In this document: positions 49,413-59,625 of the stretch, piece by piece
Layout: the number at the start of each line of letters is the position of its first letter
How positions within the stretch are numbered: position 1 is the stretch's first letter
Assembly: GCA_008690995.1 (NCBI GenBank)
Contig: VRMN01000001.1
Coordinates: forward strand, 3,100,001-3,164,000
Direction of reading: 5' to 3'
DNA from: Porphyridium purpureum
Taxonomy: Eukaryota
DNA: 64,000 nucleotides
The notes under the pieces: generated by a model
What the model saw: only the letters and a program-made list of their open reading frames with translations
Databases searched by the model: none
Told to the model about the DNA's origin: nothing
Position numbers and translations under genes: made by a program

Positions 49413-52400
49413 CTACTCGCCTTGAAAGATTTTGGCGCTCGAGCTAGCCTCGTGCCAGTTCGCACCCAGGCCAATTTTGACGCGAGGTTTCACGTTCATT
49501 GGCAATTGAAGAGAGTTTCGCATCTCGTCAGCCACAAGCCGCTTTGCGCGCGCAAGCTCTGCATCAGGCACCACCAAAACTACTTCGTCGTGGACTGAGA
49601 GTACAAGGCGGGATCGCATGGCCGCAACTTGCAGCTTCGCATCAATGCTCACCAGGATCGCCTTCATCATGTCTGCCTGAGTGCCCTGAATGGGCATGTT
49701 GGACGCCTGACGCTCAGCCTTTCGCCTTTGCATCTCAATCGACGAGGTAATCAGCTCTAACGGCATGCGCCGACCGAGCAGCGTCTCGGCAAACAGGTTA
49801 TGTCTTGCTTCCTCGATCAGATCCTCGCGCAAACGATACAATGCAGGCAAAACCTGCCGATGTTTCTCCATGAGTTCCAGGCACTCCGAGACGTTCTTGT
49901 GCAGCACATGGCCCAAGCCATGCACTCCCTGGCCATACAAAACCGCAAAAGTCAAACGCTTGGCTCTTTGCCGCAGCTCATCAAAAACGGGCGCACCGTC
50001 CGGAACGTCAAAAAGCTTGCGGGCAACCAGCGCATGGAAATCGTGCTGCTTCTGAATCGCTGCACACAATTCTTCATCCTCGCTGAGCGATGCCATGATC
50101 GTCAGCTCGATCTGCTCCAGATCTGCGCAAAGAATCTTATGGCCCTTGGGTGCTTGCACCGCACTGCGCAGCAAGGCGCCCCAGAGCGAGCGCGACGATG
50201 GCATTCCCTGCAGGTTGGGCTCGACCGATGAAATCCGGCCCGTTACCGTACCCAGCTGCTTGAATGTCGAATGGACGCACCCAGTATCTGCATGTACTGC
50301 CGACAAGAGCGGCGCCAAGACGTGGCGCTCGGTGAAGCTGGCAGAACGATATAGCATGAGAACCTTGGCAAATACCATCGCACGCCGCGGCTGATTGGTT
50401 CTACTCGCGAATCTCTGGTTATCGCTTTGGCCTTGGCCTCCATAAGACTGGGTCGGTGGTGTAATTCGACTCATGTCGGCAAAGGCGTCGAGCCCTGAAG
50501 CAATGCACTGCAAAACGTCGTCTCGAATCGATGGCCGTGACTGCTGCGCCGTTGCCGTCAACTTTGCGCTGGCTTTGGGTTTCGGCGCCGGTGAAAAGGA
50601 AATATCCGTCAGCTCCTCGCGCACTGAACGCGCACCTAGTTCTCCGTAAAGGACGTCGGCAGTCTGCTTGGCCGAGCTTGGGTCAAATGTATGCCCTGCC
50701 ACTTTAAACATGCGCTCGGCATGGCGCTGACGTGCGCGCTGAAGCCGTTGTTGGAGCGCTTGGAGGGCTTTCATGCTCATAGGCAGCCCGTTCCATTCCA
50801 TGCGTGCCAAAACAGATGTCAGTGGCGCTTCAATGGCGAGAAGCGCATTCGAGGAAAGGAGCTCCGGCACATCGTAAGCCTCGCGCACCTGCTCGAGCAC
50901 ACCGAATGCACTTGAAGCGCTCCAAACGGCATCCTCCAAGCGCGTACTGAGCGCATTTTCACTTCTCCTCGGACGCAAAGCTTTGCTCTGCTCCACGCTA
51001 GGGTACGCGTGCCGCATGATGTCCCTCTCAGTTGTTGACGATACGACTGTTTCACAAACAAATGAGTAAATCACCGAAATGTCCCACAGATGAATGGCTT
51101 GCAGATGGGACAGCAACGTAGGCGGATCCGACACCGCACGAGCCAAGGCTCGAAACACGGACTTTGGGTTCCACGATACAATCACAACGTCGGAGTCCGG
51201 TGAACGACGCGCCTGTCTTCGGCTAGCAGATGCGGCGTCTGCCAAAAAGGAGACGAAGTACTCCATGCCTGGACTAATTTGGCCAGGTGAACAAGGTACT
51301 AAGGCTAAATTTTCGCTGTCTTGCCAGAGAGGATGCCCTCGTTCAGTCCTGATACCAGTTAGCTGGTTTTCATCCGACTCGGTGCTAATCACGAGCATCT
51401 GCTTTTCGGAACCGTGATCATTGTCGAGACGCACCAACGAGATGCCCATGGTGTGATGTTGTGCGGCAGACGCAAGCACTTGAGCAACGCGAGCAGGATC
51501 AGAAAGACGCGTGACAGTAGAAGAACATGATGAATCTGCATTCTTCATCGCAAACAAGAAGGGCGCGTCACTTTGGCTTCCCGAAATTTTTCCCGCCTTT
51601 CTTTGGTTCTCAAGGGCCTTACCAGATGACTCTCTGCCAGTTGCCGTTGTCATTCCGTGTTCAAAGGCGTTTTCTCCCTCTTTCTTTTCCTCCTTTCCAG
51701 TGATATCCTGAATGATTTTCGGCATCTGATTGAGTTTAAAGCCGAGCGCCTGCAACAGGGAGCTCAACGTCTTCCGATCTGCCGAATCATAAACGTCGTC
51801 TTTCGCATTCTCGCTTGCGTCGCGCATGTGATCCAGAAATCCCTCCATCATGGGACGTACCTGCTCTGGGAGGCGCGTTAATGACTGCCTCATTTCGAGT
51901 TGGCCACGATCGCAAATGAGGCCGAGGAACGAATCATCATTTTCTCGCTTAAAGGTTGCAAACTTTTTCAGTGTCGATGTAGTAAGAAGGCGCGACGTTT
52001 GCTTGGCAGTCTCTTTCGCCGAAAGACAGCGCGAGACCTCACTGATCACTTGCTCTAACGAGCCATACAATGATACAAGAGCCTCGGCGGTTTTGACACC
52101 AATGCCCTTGACGCCTTTCACTCGCTGTGATGAAACAAGTGAAGGAAGTCCCGCAAGCGCAAGAACGTCGGGAATGCTGGCCGGTTGCAAGCCTGGTCGA
52201 TGCAAAGCTCGGAAAGTCTGGAGATCCACACGATATGCAATGGAGTCCGCAGAGCTGGAGCAAACCTTGGCGTGCAAATGCAGCAGATCCGAGGTCTGCA
52301 TGGGGTCGTTTGGGCGAAGAATTTCAAAGGCCTTCCGCACTAGCAGCAGTTCCACGTTTCCTAACGATAAAAGCTGTTGTGACGCGAGAAAGCCCTGATC

Positions 52401-54569
52401 GTTCGCAAATATCTTGCAAGGTACTTGACGATCCTTGCACATGTGCGCCACACCGGCAGCAAGATCCAGGCTTGACACCCATTGCCGATGGCGTCGTGAA
52501 CGCCGACTGTAAGTGCGGCGGGAGGAAGGCACGGAATGAGATTTGACGGACGCGTCATCGCCATCCAGAACCAGCACACCAAGTGCTTGCATGACGCGCT
52601 TTACCCAAGGAATGCAGTCCTGAAGGGCCCGATTCTTTTTGCTTCCCACTCCAACGCTCCCACGGGGTCGTGACCCGAGCACCAGCACAATGCCACGATG
52701 AGAGCTCCCTACATGCGTACGAATCAGTTTCCGCATGTATGAAAGTAGACCCACCAATGGTCCTGTTTCGATCCCAAGGCCTGGAGCGCACAAGCCGAGA
52801 TCGCGATTCAGGTACCGAATCAGAATCGGTATGCCGTCTATAACGTATACCGCTGGACCAGACAGATTCATGTGTTCAGGCTCCGGGTCCTTGGACGGTG
52901 GCTCCACGGTCGTCAGTGTCGAAACAGACAAAAAGGCTGCAAGGGGCAAAGATCCACTCGAGGACACACTCGTCTTCAAATTCGCTTCGCAATCAGAAAT
53001 CCCCGAGAGTGTGCTGACCGGAGCATCTTCGCCAAGCCCCTCGGATCGCGGACTGCCCCAGTCTGCATGCACGCCAACTGACAAAAGTAGCCACTTCAAA
53101 TAACCGCGGCTCGAAGGTTCAGACGATACGAGGAAAAGTGCCAGGGCCGGCCGTGACTCAATTGCCTCCCTGACCGCTTCGACGTTCACGTGCTCCCGTA
53201 GACACTGGCTAAAATAGTCATCTGGTGACGTGGTTGCTGGCACACCCGAACCCGAGCCCATTCGGTCTTCATCCTGGCCAGTTTCCTGCTCATCGGTGTC
53301 CTGATCGAGGTACGCGTATGGGTCGTACTCGCGCTCCAACCGCGCGAGATCTTGAGCTCGGATTTCGCTTTCTATGGCGCGCCGTATATGGACGGAAAGC
53401 GAAGAACTATCCCTCGCTTCCCACATGTGCTCAATGTTCCGAAACTTGCTCAGTGTCTTCACGGCCTTCGCATGTTTGATGCCCTGAATGCTCACGAGCG
53501 CACGGTATGATGCGGCCTGGCATGGCTTCAAATCGGGAAAGTCTGATTCAAACCGATTCAAATCGTACATGTCTGGTCGCGAGTTCGTCCAACTTGCAAC
53601 CTCCTTACCACTTACAGCCGAAACATTCCGTTCGAGATCGCCACCAGGTTTCAGGACTTGAACCATTTCGGACACAAGTCCCAGCGCAGAGGGATGGTGG
53701 GACACAAGCAGCACAGCATGACCATCTTTTTCGCATTGAGTAGCATACTCAGCAAACACGCGCGGTTCCTCGGCGGGAATGCATGGGATACCAAGGTGCC
53801 CTAAAAATTCAATTTCGTCCTGATGGATGCCCATGCCTCCAACGCACAGGTATTTGGCTTGATGGACTTGATCAAGCGCTAAAATGCGCAACAAGCCAAG
53901 CACAAACTGGAAAAAGCGCTCCTCGCCGGCCGAATCATTCAACGGCACCGCGCTTTGTTTCTGCACAAGATCCACGTACTTGTCGGCGCGCGCGGCGTCC
54001 TCTTCTTCAATGAAGAGAGCCGAGTACCCAATGACCACGTGTTCAGCAGAAACGCGCCGCGGTCTCTTTTCATCCGTGCGAATGTGTCCGTGGCTCCGCT
54101 CGTTGTGCGGTTCGTTACACGTCACATTTTCGCGACGCAAGCCGTCCGCCAAAATACTGCTGAGGTCACTCAGAGACACGGAGCGTGCGTCTGTAAGGAC
54201 ACGTTCCTTTGCGTTGTTGTGCATGCGTGGCAATGATGTTTCCGTGCCAAACGGCGTCTCGATCTCATCGAGAGCAGTCGATGCCACCACGTCTCGATCC
54301 CAGTGATCCGCATTCATGGTCCAGGAATGGACAGCACGCGCCTCTGCATTTTTCGCCCCTCTGCGCACCCGGCGCCCTTGCTCAAGCTCCACGCGGCGCG
54401 ACCGCTTCGTCGGAAACGCGACACAATCTATCCGTGTGTGGCTTACGCTGCACGGACTCTCCGAACAGGACCGCGGCAAACATCCCCGATACCGGCGAGT
54501 ATACAGATACTCACCGAGCAGCACTCCGCGCGCGGGCGCCGACGCGTAGCACGAGCCGTCGCTGTTCAT
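49413..54569 (-). CDS. Family A (PolI-like) DNA polymerase, probably organellar
   Basis: TVTGRISSVEPNLQ, motif A ADLEQIEL, motif B RQRAKRLTFAVLYG, NMPIQGTQAD, motif C VHDEVV; upstream H3TH GVKGIGVKTA. Start could be 54569 or 54317. Confidence 0.92.
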   Translation of the reverse strand: MNSDGSCYASAPARGVLLGEYLYTRRYRGCLPRSCSESPCSVSHTRIDCVAFPTKRSRRVELEQGRRVRRGAKNAEARAVHSWTMNADHWDRDVVASTALDEIETPFGTETSLPRMHNNAKERVLTDARSVSLSDLSSILADGLRRENVTCNEPHNERSHGHIRTDEKRPRRVSAEHVVIGYSALFIEEEDAARADKYVDLVQKQSAVPLNDSAGEERFFQFVLGLLRILALDQVHQAKYLCVGGMGIHQDEIEFLGHLGIPCIPAEEPRVFAEYATQCEKDGHAVLLVSHHPSALGLVSEMVQVLKPGGDLERNVSAVSGKEVASWTNSRPDMYDLNRFESDFPDLKPCQAASYRALVSIQGIKHAKAVKTLSKFRNIEHMWEARDSSSLSVHIRRAIESEIRAQDLARLEREYDPYAYLDQDTDEQETGQDEDRMGSGSGVPATTSPDDYFSQCLREHVNVEAVREAIESRPALALFLVSSEPSSRGYLKWLLLSVGVHADWGSPRSEGLGEDAPVSTLSGISDCEANLKTSVSSSGSLPLAAFLSVSTLTTVEPPSKDPEPEHMNLSGPAVYVIDGIPILIRYLNRDLGLCAPGLGIETGPLVGLLSYMRKLIRTHVGSSHRGIVLVLGSRPRGSVGVGSKKNRALQDCIPWVKRVMQALGVLVLDGDDASVKSHSVPSSRRTYSRRSRRHRQWVSSLDLAAGVAHMCKDRQVPCKIFANDQGFLASQQLLSLGNVELLLVRKAFEILRPNDPMQTSDLLHLHAKVCSSSADSIAYRVDLQTFRALHRPGLQPASIPDVLALAGLPSLVSSQRVKGVKGIGVKTAEALVSLYGSLEQVISEVSRCLSAKETAKQTSRLLTTSTLKKFATFKRENDDSFLGLICDRGQLEMRQSLTRLPEQVRPMMEGFLDHMRDASENAKDDVYDSADRKTLSSLLQALGFKLNQMPKIIQDITGKEEKKEGENAFEHGMTTATGRESSGKALENQRKAGKISGSQSDAPFLFAMKNADSSCSSTVTRLSDPARVAQVLASAAQHHTMGISLVRLDNDHGSEKQMLVISTESDENQLTGIRTERGHPLWQDSENLALVPCSPGQISPGMEYFVSFLADAASASRRQARRSPDSDVVIVSWNPKSVFRALARAVSDPPTLLSHLQAIHLWDISVIYSFVCETVVSSTTERDIMRHAYPSVEQSKALRPRRSENALSTRLEDAVWSASSAFGVLEQVREAYDVPELLSSNALLAIEAPLTSVLARMEWNGLPMSMKALQALQQRLQRARQRHAERMFKVAGHTFDPSSAKQTADVLYGELGARSVREELTDISFSPAPKPKASAKLTATAQQSRPSIRDDVLQCIASGLDAFADMSRITPPTQSYGGQGQSDNQRFASRTNQPRRAMVFAKVLMLYRSASFTERHVLAPLLSAVHADTGCVHSTFKQLGTVTGRISSVEPNLQGMPSSRSLWGALLRSAVQAPKGHKILCADLEQIELTIMASLSEDEELCAAIQKQHDFHALVARKLFDVPDGAPVFDELRQRAKRLTFAVLYGQGVHGLGHVLHKNVSECLELMEKHRQVLPALYRLREDLIEEARHNLFAETLLGRRMPLELITSSIEMQRRKAERQASNMPIQGTQADMMKAILVSIDAKLQVAAMRSRLVLSVHDEVVLVVPDAELARAKRLVADEMRNSLQLPMNVKPRVKIGLGANWHEASSSAKIFQGE

Positions 54570-54746
54570 GGTTTGCGCTCGAAACCGGCGACCAGCAGCG
54601 TTTTGCCGGGCGAGCTGCGGCGCGTCCCCTCAACCTTTTCCCCTCGCGCGGCGCAAAGATTTTTGGAGCTGGCGAAAAGTACAGTGGGGCAAGAGCGCTG
54701 GTTTGAACGAAGTACAGTGACTGGGTGTTTTCTTCAAGAAAATACG

Positions 54747-55653
54747 CTAGCCGTCCAGCCGACTCATGAGCAGGTAGATCTCCGTGTCGACTTCGAACGT
54801 GCGCGAGTTCAGCGTGTGCGCCGCAGCTGCGAGCGACATGAGCAGGCCTCCGAAAGAGACATAGACCACACTGTCGCACACATCAGACACGGAAGAACGC
54901 GCGAACAACGGCGGTCGTCACACGAAAACGCGACCAAAAAGAGCGAGCGAAACCAGAATCGTCGCAACAGGAGTTGTGGTCAGAGAACATTCAAAGAAAC
55001 GAGGAAATTCAAACCCACTCCGCAGTCCAGGTCGATGAGTCAGTACATCAAATCTTAGTCGTGCGGAAAAACTCATGCGTGCACACGCACCGGGTGCGCT
55101 CACACAACGGACAGACGACACATTCGCGTTCTGCCGCCTCTGGATCGCTGCAGAAAGTCTCTGAAATCGCGGGGCGTATAAGGATCGGCGCGTGCCTAGA
55201 GCGTAAACTCTAAAATCCACAGAAACAGAAGCCTTTGCATTTTCGCCCTGTACAAAGGCGCATGTGGAAGGAAAAAAAAAATCCTGCGGAAAAAAAGGAC
55301 AAAGATGAAAAAAGAGATCCGAGAACGTACGCTTTGTTCCTTTCCTCGGCATAATGATAAATCTTGCCGTACATGGCGTACTGGTATTCCTCCAGCAGAG
55401 ACGATTCTGACTCGCGCCCAATCTTGGTATCTAGCGAGTCTGCCAGCGCCAGTGTGTACAGCTCACCTTCCTTCACAGGATAGATTTCGGTGTTCACGTC
55501 CAACACCATCTCCGCGGACTTGCTGTCCGAGCTCATGCTGATGCGGGAGGTCTTGTCGAACTTTTTCTCGTACACCATTCGCGACGGATCCTTCGGGTCC
55601 GGGAACTTGTCTATCGAGTTCACCGTGAAGGTATCTTCGAACACTTTGACCAT
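54747..55653 (-). CDS. RPB8: RNA polymerase I/II/III shared subunit RPB8; two exons (55653-55331 and 54870-54747)
   Basis: Exon 1 MVKVFEDTF...LDVNTEIYP...YAMYGKIY; GTACGT donor at 55330 and CAG acceptor at 54871 (phase 2) join exon 2 VVYVSFGGLLMSL...EIYLLMSRLDG*, the conserved RPB8 C-terminus. Confidence 0.95.
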
Positions 55654-55983
55654 CGTGCCGCGTTTGTCCCGTCCACCCCGAATGCGCACCAAACCCCGCG
55701 TGCGCAACTCTAAAAGTGACCACTCGCTCAGGCTGCACGCGCTGTCAGGTTGTCCTCGCGGTTGGTCCTTCAGCTTGAGCCCACTCTGCCCCTTCCGTCG
55801 TTCCGTCACACACTGACACCCAACCCGGCTGTTCCGGTTGCTTGTCCATCGAGCGAAGCGGCGCATGCGCGGTGTAGAAGCATTACATTGAAATGCATTA
55901 CAAAGTTACCCAACTTCGACTTGCTACTAAATTGACGCACATTTATTAGTAGCCGTGCGCACTACCCTAACCGCAACACGTGC

Positions 55984-56037
55984 GCTGTACTCATATGTAC
56001 AGTGTAAAGAGTACAGTTGGATGTGGGTGTGTACAGT
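55984..56037. promoter_or_regulatory. Cluster of GTACAGT motifs in the RPB8/PAT1 divergent intergenic region
   Basis: Exact copies at 55997, 56011 and 56031, plus a near-match inverted copy at 55984. Confidence 0.55.
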
Positions 56038-56149
56038 TGGTCATTTGGGAGCGCGGTGGCGATGCAGCGCGGGGAGAGAGCGCTAAAGGTTGGTGGCGGT
56101 GGTGCAGGGGGGGATGTGTGTGTGGGGGGGAAAGCGGGGAAGGTTGAGG

Positions 56150-58189
56150 ATGGAGGGACAGGGAGAGGCGCGGAAGCGCGGCGCGCGAGGAATGGGCACT
56201 GGGTCGGGAGGTGCTCGATCGGGAAGGGAGTCGTCAGATGGAAACATGAGGAATCGGAACTCGTTTGCGCTCGTCGACGAGGATTTTCCAGCGATGGGTG
56301 CAACGGGCGCGACTGCGTCGCCGACGGCCGCGCGGGTCGCGCCGCTCGAGCAGCACGATCGAGAGAAACAGGCGCAACGAAGCGACGCGCGGAGGCAAGG
56401 AGACAATAACGCCGCGGGATCACGAGGGCGCGGGGGTCGCGGCGCGCGCGTGTCGGGTGCCGGTGTCCGTGCGGATCAAAATCCCCGCCAGTACCAGGGT
56501 AGACGGCAAGAGCAGCACGAAATAGAACAGCAGCAAGAACAACAGCAGCAAGAGCAACAGCAACAGCAGAATCATAGAGGTATTCGGGGGGAGAGCCCGG
56601 TGTATCGTCATAGTGCGGTGAGCGGTGGGGACGAGAGCAGAGAGTCGACTCAACACAGCGCGCCAGGCTGGCGACCAAAGATGGCAGGGATACCCGAGAA
56701 GGAGTATGGGCGTGATGAGAACAGTTTTCCTCTGATCGGAATGACTGCGCGCGATCTTGATACTGTGGTGCGCGTTCACTTGCGCCAGCTCGAGACTCAG
56801 GACGATTATGTGGATGACTATTACTTGCTGCAGTTTTGTGCTCGAAATAATCTGTCTGTAGATGATCTTCAGGTGCGCATGGCAGTCAGTAGTTCCTTCT
56901 CCAACTTTGTCAATCGTGCACGAGCGGCCGCGTTGCAGAGAGCTTCGGAGGGTGCTGCGCAGCCAGTGACCGACGCGACACTCAAAGAAGCGCACTCTGC
57001 GCGGAATATAGAGCTTCTGTCAACTGCGCTGGGTACGCTACGCACATGGACTCCTAAAGCGCCACGCAAGCTGGTGTCCGTGTCAGATGAGGGTCGTTCG
57101 GCGGATGCAGACGACGCAGCGGCGCTCAGTAGCTTAAACCCGCTCGCTGGCCTAGCAAGCCTAGGCGGCACGCTGGAGAAGCGCCGCGCTGTACTCAAGC
57201 AGAACAGCGTGGCGCTTCTGCGAGAAGATGAGCGTGTGCGAGCACGCTCGCTCATTGAAGCGGGTTATGATATTTTTGCAGAACTGCGTGACATTGAACG
57301 CGGGCAGCTGACAGGAATTGTGTTTCTCAAAGGCGCAGTAGAAGGACACGAAGGTGACTCAGGCTTAGTGCTTGCCTCTGCAGAGGAACTAGCGGCACAG
57401 CTTCTGTTCGGCGTGCTACAACTTGACGATCCGGTGAAGGGGGGCATTCTTTTCCTGCGCATGTCCCTGATTTTGAAAGGCAAGCGCCTCATTGGTAGCA
57501 CGATCCGCCTACACGCAAAGTTGTTTGCGCGTCTCGCTGCCGTTCCGCCGAACGGCGCGGCCGCCAAGTCAGTCGTGCGTGGAGAGTTGCAGAAGCACAT
57601 TGCAGCGATCACGGCAGCAGTCATGGTGAACCAAGACCTGCTGAGCCACGAGGCGAGTGCTGCGGCCGCGTTCGGTGAGCGTGCTCCCGATGAGGTTGTC
57701 AAGGACATATTCTGGACGCCGCTAGAAGACGCGGTGGCTCTGATTGAGTCGTTGGATATGTTGGCTGCAATTCTCGCTGCTTTCAACATGGCCCACGAAG
57801 CCAGCACCGTGCCAAAGCTGATGGAGACCGCGGCGAGCAGTGATGTTCTCAATAGTCTCATGGGCGGAATCAGCTCGCGATTCGGCTCATCCCTCCTATG
57901 CACGCTCCTTTCACGGGCATACGCACTGCTATCTGCGCTGAGCTCAAACAAGGACGCCAGTGCCATTGTGGCAGCTGCGTCTTGGAAGGCTGCTTTCACG
58001 CCGTTCTTTGACGCCGCTTTGGCCATCTTGGAACCCGTTTTCGCTCGCGCAGAGAATACCAGTCGCATTTGGGAACTTGCCGCGCTCCTTGACGCACTGG
58101 CAGAGAAGGAAAGACAGACAAAGCTCCGAATGACGCTCAAGCCGCTTTTGGAGGAAAAGCGGATCCCGCCTCCGCCGTCCATGCCATAA
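56150..58189 (+). CDS. PAT1: PAT1-like mRNA decapping activator
   Basis: GMTARDLDTVVRVHLRQLETQDDYVDDYY and ALGTLRTWTPKAPRKL resemble Pat1 mid-domain motifs; Q/RG-rich N-terminus; helical C-terminus. Confidence 0.7.
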   Translation: MEGQGEARKRGARGMGTGSGGARSGRESSDGNMRNRNSFALVDEDFPAMGATGATASPTAARVAPLEQHDREKQAQRSDARRQGDNNAAGSRGRGGRGARVSGAGVRADQNPRQYQGRRQEQHEIEQQQEQQQQEQQQQQNHRGIRGESPVYRHSAVSGGDESRESTQHSAPGWRPKMAGIPEKEYGRDENSFPLIGMTARDLDTVVRVHLRQLETQDDYVDDYYLLQFCARNNLSVDDLQVRMAVSSSFSNFVNRARAAALQRASEGAAQPVTDATLKEAHSARNIELLSTALGTLRTWTPKAPRKLVSVSDEGRSADADDAAALSSLNPLAGLASLGGTLEKRRAVLKQNSVALLREDERVRARSLIEAGYDIFAELRDIERGQLTGIVFLKGAVEGHEGDSGLVLASAEELAAQLLFGVLQLDDPVKGGILFLRMSLILKGKRLIGSTIRLHAKLFARLAAVPPNGAAAKSVVRGELQKHIAAITAAVMVNQDLLSHEASAAAAFGERAPDEVVKDIFWTPLEDAVALIESLDMLAAILAAFNMAHEASTVPKLMETAASSDVLNSLMGGISSRFGSSLLCTLLSRAYALLSALSSNKDASAIVAAASWKAAFTPFFDAALAILEPVFARAENTSRIWELAALLDALAEKERQTKLRMTLKPLLEEKRIPPPPSMP

Positions 58190-58350
58190 ACTGAGACGCA
58201 TTAGAACGCCTGTGCTAAATAAATTGAGTGCAGCCACTGCTTTACTTATAAGATCGTCTGTCTTGACCATCGGGATGGTTTCTGACACACTGGTCAGGAA
58301 GACCCGCGAGTATCATCGCCTGTCTGCCGGCCTGGTCAGACCGGCTGTTT

Positions 58351-59625
58351 TCACCTTAGCCCCAAGATCAGGGTTTTTGGATGCTCAAGCTGCCGGTCGC
58401 TGCAAGGCATAAACACTTGGGAGGCCAAGAAATCGACTGCAAGATCATGGCTTGCGTGATGTTGGCGCAACTTGCGCTGCAGGCGCTTAAACGTTGTTCC
58501 CAGGACATCGCAGGCGAGCTCCAGCTGCTCCAGCAAATGTTGTGCATTTGGGTGCGACACTGAAGTGCTCTCTGATTCTTGATTTGTGGCATCCGTGGCG
58601 GGCGCGCTTCGAGCCACTTCTAACTGTGAGAGAAACCCGTGTTCCATACTGGATTGTGCCTGTATTAAGGCATCATGTCGACATGATTCGAGGTCTTCCC
58701 AAAACGATAGTTCCTCTTCGTATCTGGCCTTGGCTTGTTCGAGGAGTTCTAGCTGCATTGCACGCACCTTGTTAATCGGGTTTGAGACCTGGAACGCACC
58801 AATTTGACCTTCAGAGAGCTCAATCACCGATTCTAAATTCAGTACATCATAATCATCCTGCTCCATGGCGAGCAGGAAGCGCGATGCTACATTTTCAGCA
58901 CATGACAAGAGCTGAGACTGCATTGCATTCTCATCTTCAGTCGTATTTGGCAGCGTGGTCGATGAGAAGAGCACATCAAACTGGGACGCCATCGCCTCCC
59001 GCCAGGCCTGCCGCAACGACACATCCGCTGATGATGTGATGACTTGCGGGCTATGTGTCTTATTTGATGATGCTGACGATCGCCTGCTCATTCTCAGGAG
59101 TAGCAGCACGCGTTGAAGCGTTGTGAAATGACCTGTCAACTCCGACTGCGACTCCAGAACACCTAACTGGGTCTGGTCCGCGTCTTCATTCCCTTGTACT
59201 GATTTGTCTTTCGCTGGCGAAGACGAAGCAGTGGTTTTACCTACTTTTTGTGTCACTGACGCGACGTGATCATCTTGCGAAGATTTCTGTCTTGTGTCTT
59301 GATGCCCGCCCATTGACGCAATCTCAGCCTTTACCGGGACTGCATCCGCGATGCTGCCGGCGCTATTCGTACACCCACCGACTGGCTTGTCGCCCTCAAA
59401 ACCACCTTTCTCTGACTGAGCGTCCGCATTCACTCTCACAGGTCGTTGATCTTTCTGCGCGAGTGACTCACTGTGCTGTGATTCCTCCGACGCGGCACTG
59501 TGCTTAGCCTTTTTGCGAAAGCGAAACGCACCCACACAGAACTCTTGCTGGTCTGTCGATCTCTTGTGCGACCCGAGTGTCGGAGCCTGAATGTCCAAAT
59601 CTGCGGACACCGTGTCGGCCACCAT
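58351..59625 (-). CDS. Putative Dsn1/Mis13 kinetochore protein
   Basis: N-terminal GAFRFRKK, RRSS motif, and SNPINK...LEQAKARYEEELSFWEDL coiled coil reminiscent of Dsn1/Mis13. Confidence 0.5.
   Translation of the reverse strand: MVADTVSADLDIQAPTLGSHKRSTDQQEFCVGAFRFRKKAKHSAASEESQHSESLAQKDQRPVRVNADAQSEKGGFEGDKPVGGCTNSAGSIADAVPVKAEIASMGGHQDTRQKSSQDDHVASVTQKVGKTTASSSPAKDKSVQGNEDADQTQLGVLESQSELTGHFTTLQRVLLLLRMSRRSSASSNKTHSPQVITSSADVSLRQAWREAMASQFDVLFSSTTLPNTTEDENAMQSQLLSCAENVASRFLLAMEQDDYDVLNLESVIELSEGQIGAFQVSNPINKVRAMQLELLEQAKARYEEELSFWEDLESCRHDALIQAQSSMEHGFLSQLEVARSAPATDATNQESESTSVSHPNAQHLLEQLELACDVLGTTFKRLQRKLRQHHASHDLAVDFLASQVFMPCSDRQLEHPKTLILGLR

Noticed and set aside
49413..54569. Polymerase as part of a virus or Polinton insertion
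   Set aside because: No capsid, ATPase, integrase or terminal repeats; flanked directly by FAM136A and RPB8.
55210..55330. RPB8 C-terminus as given by the ORF track
   Set aside because: Intronic; the real C-terminus is in exon 2 (54870-54747).
57265..58182. Long antisense ORFs (e.g. 305 aa opposite PAT1, 301 aa at 11059..11964)
   Set aside because: Shadow ORFs of GC-rich coding strands with Ser/Ala/Arg-biased, non-domain sequence.
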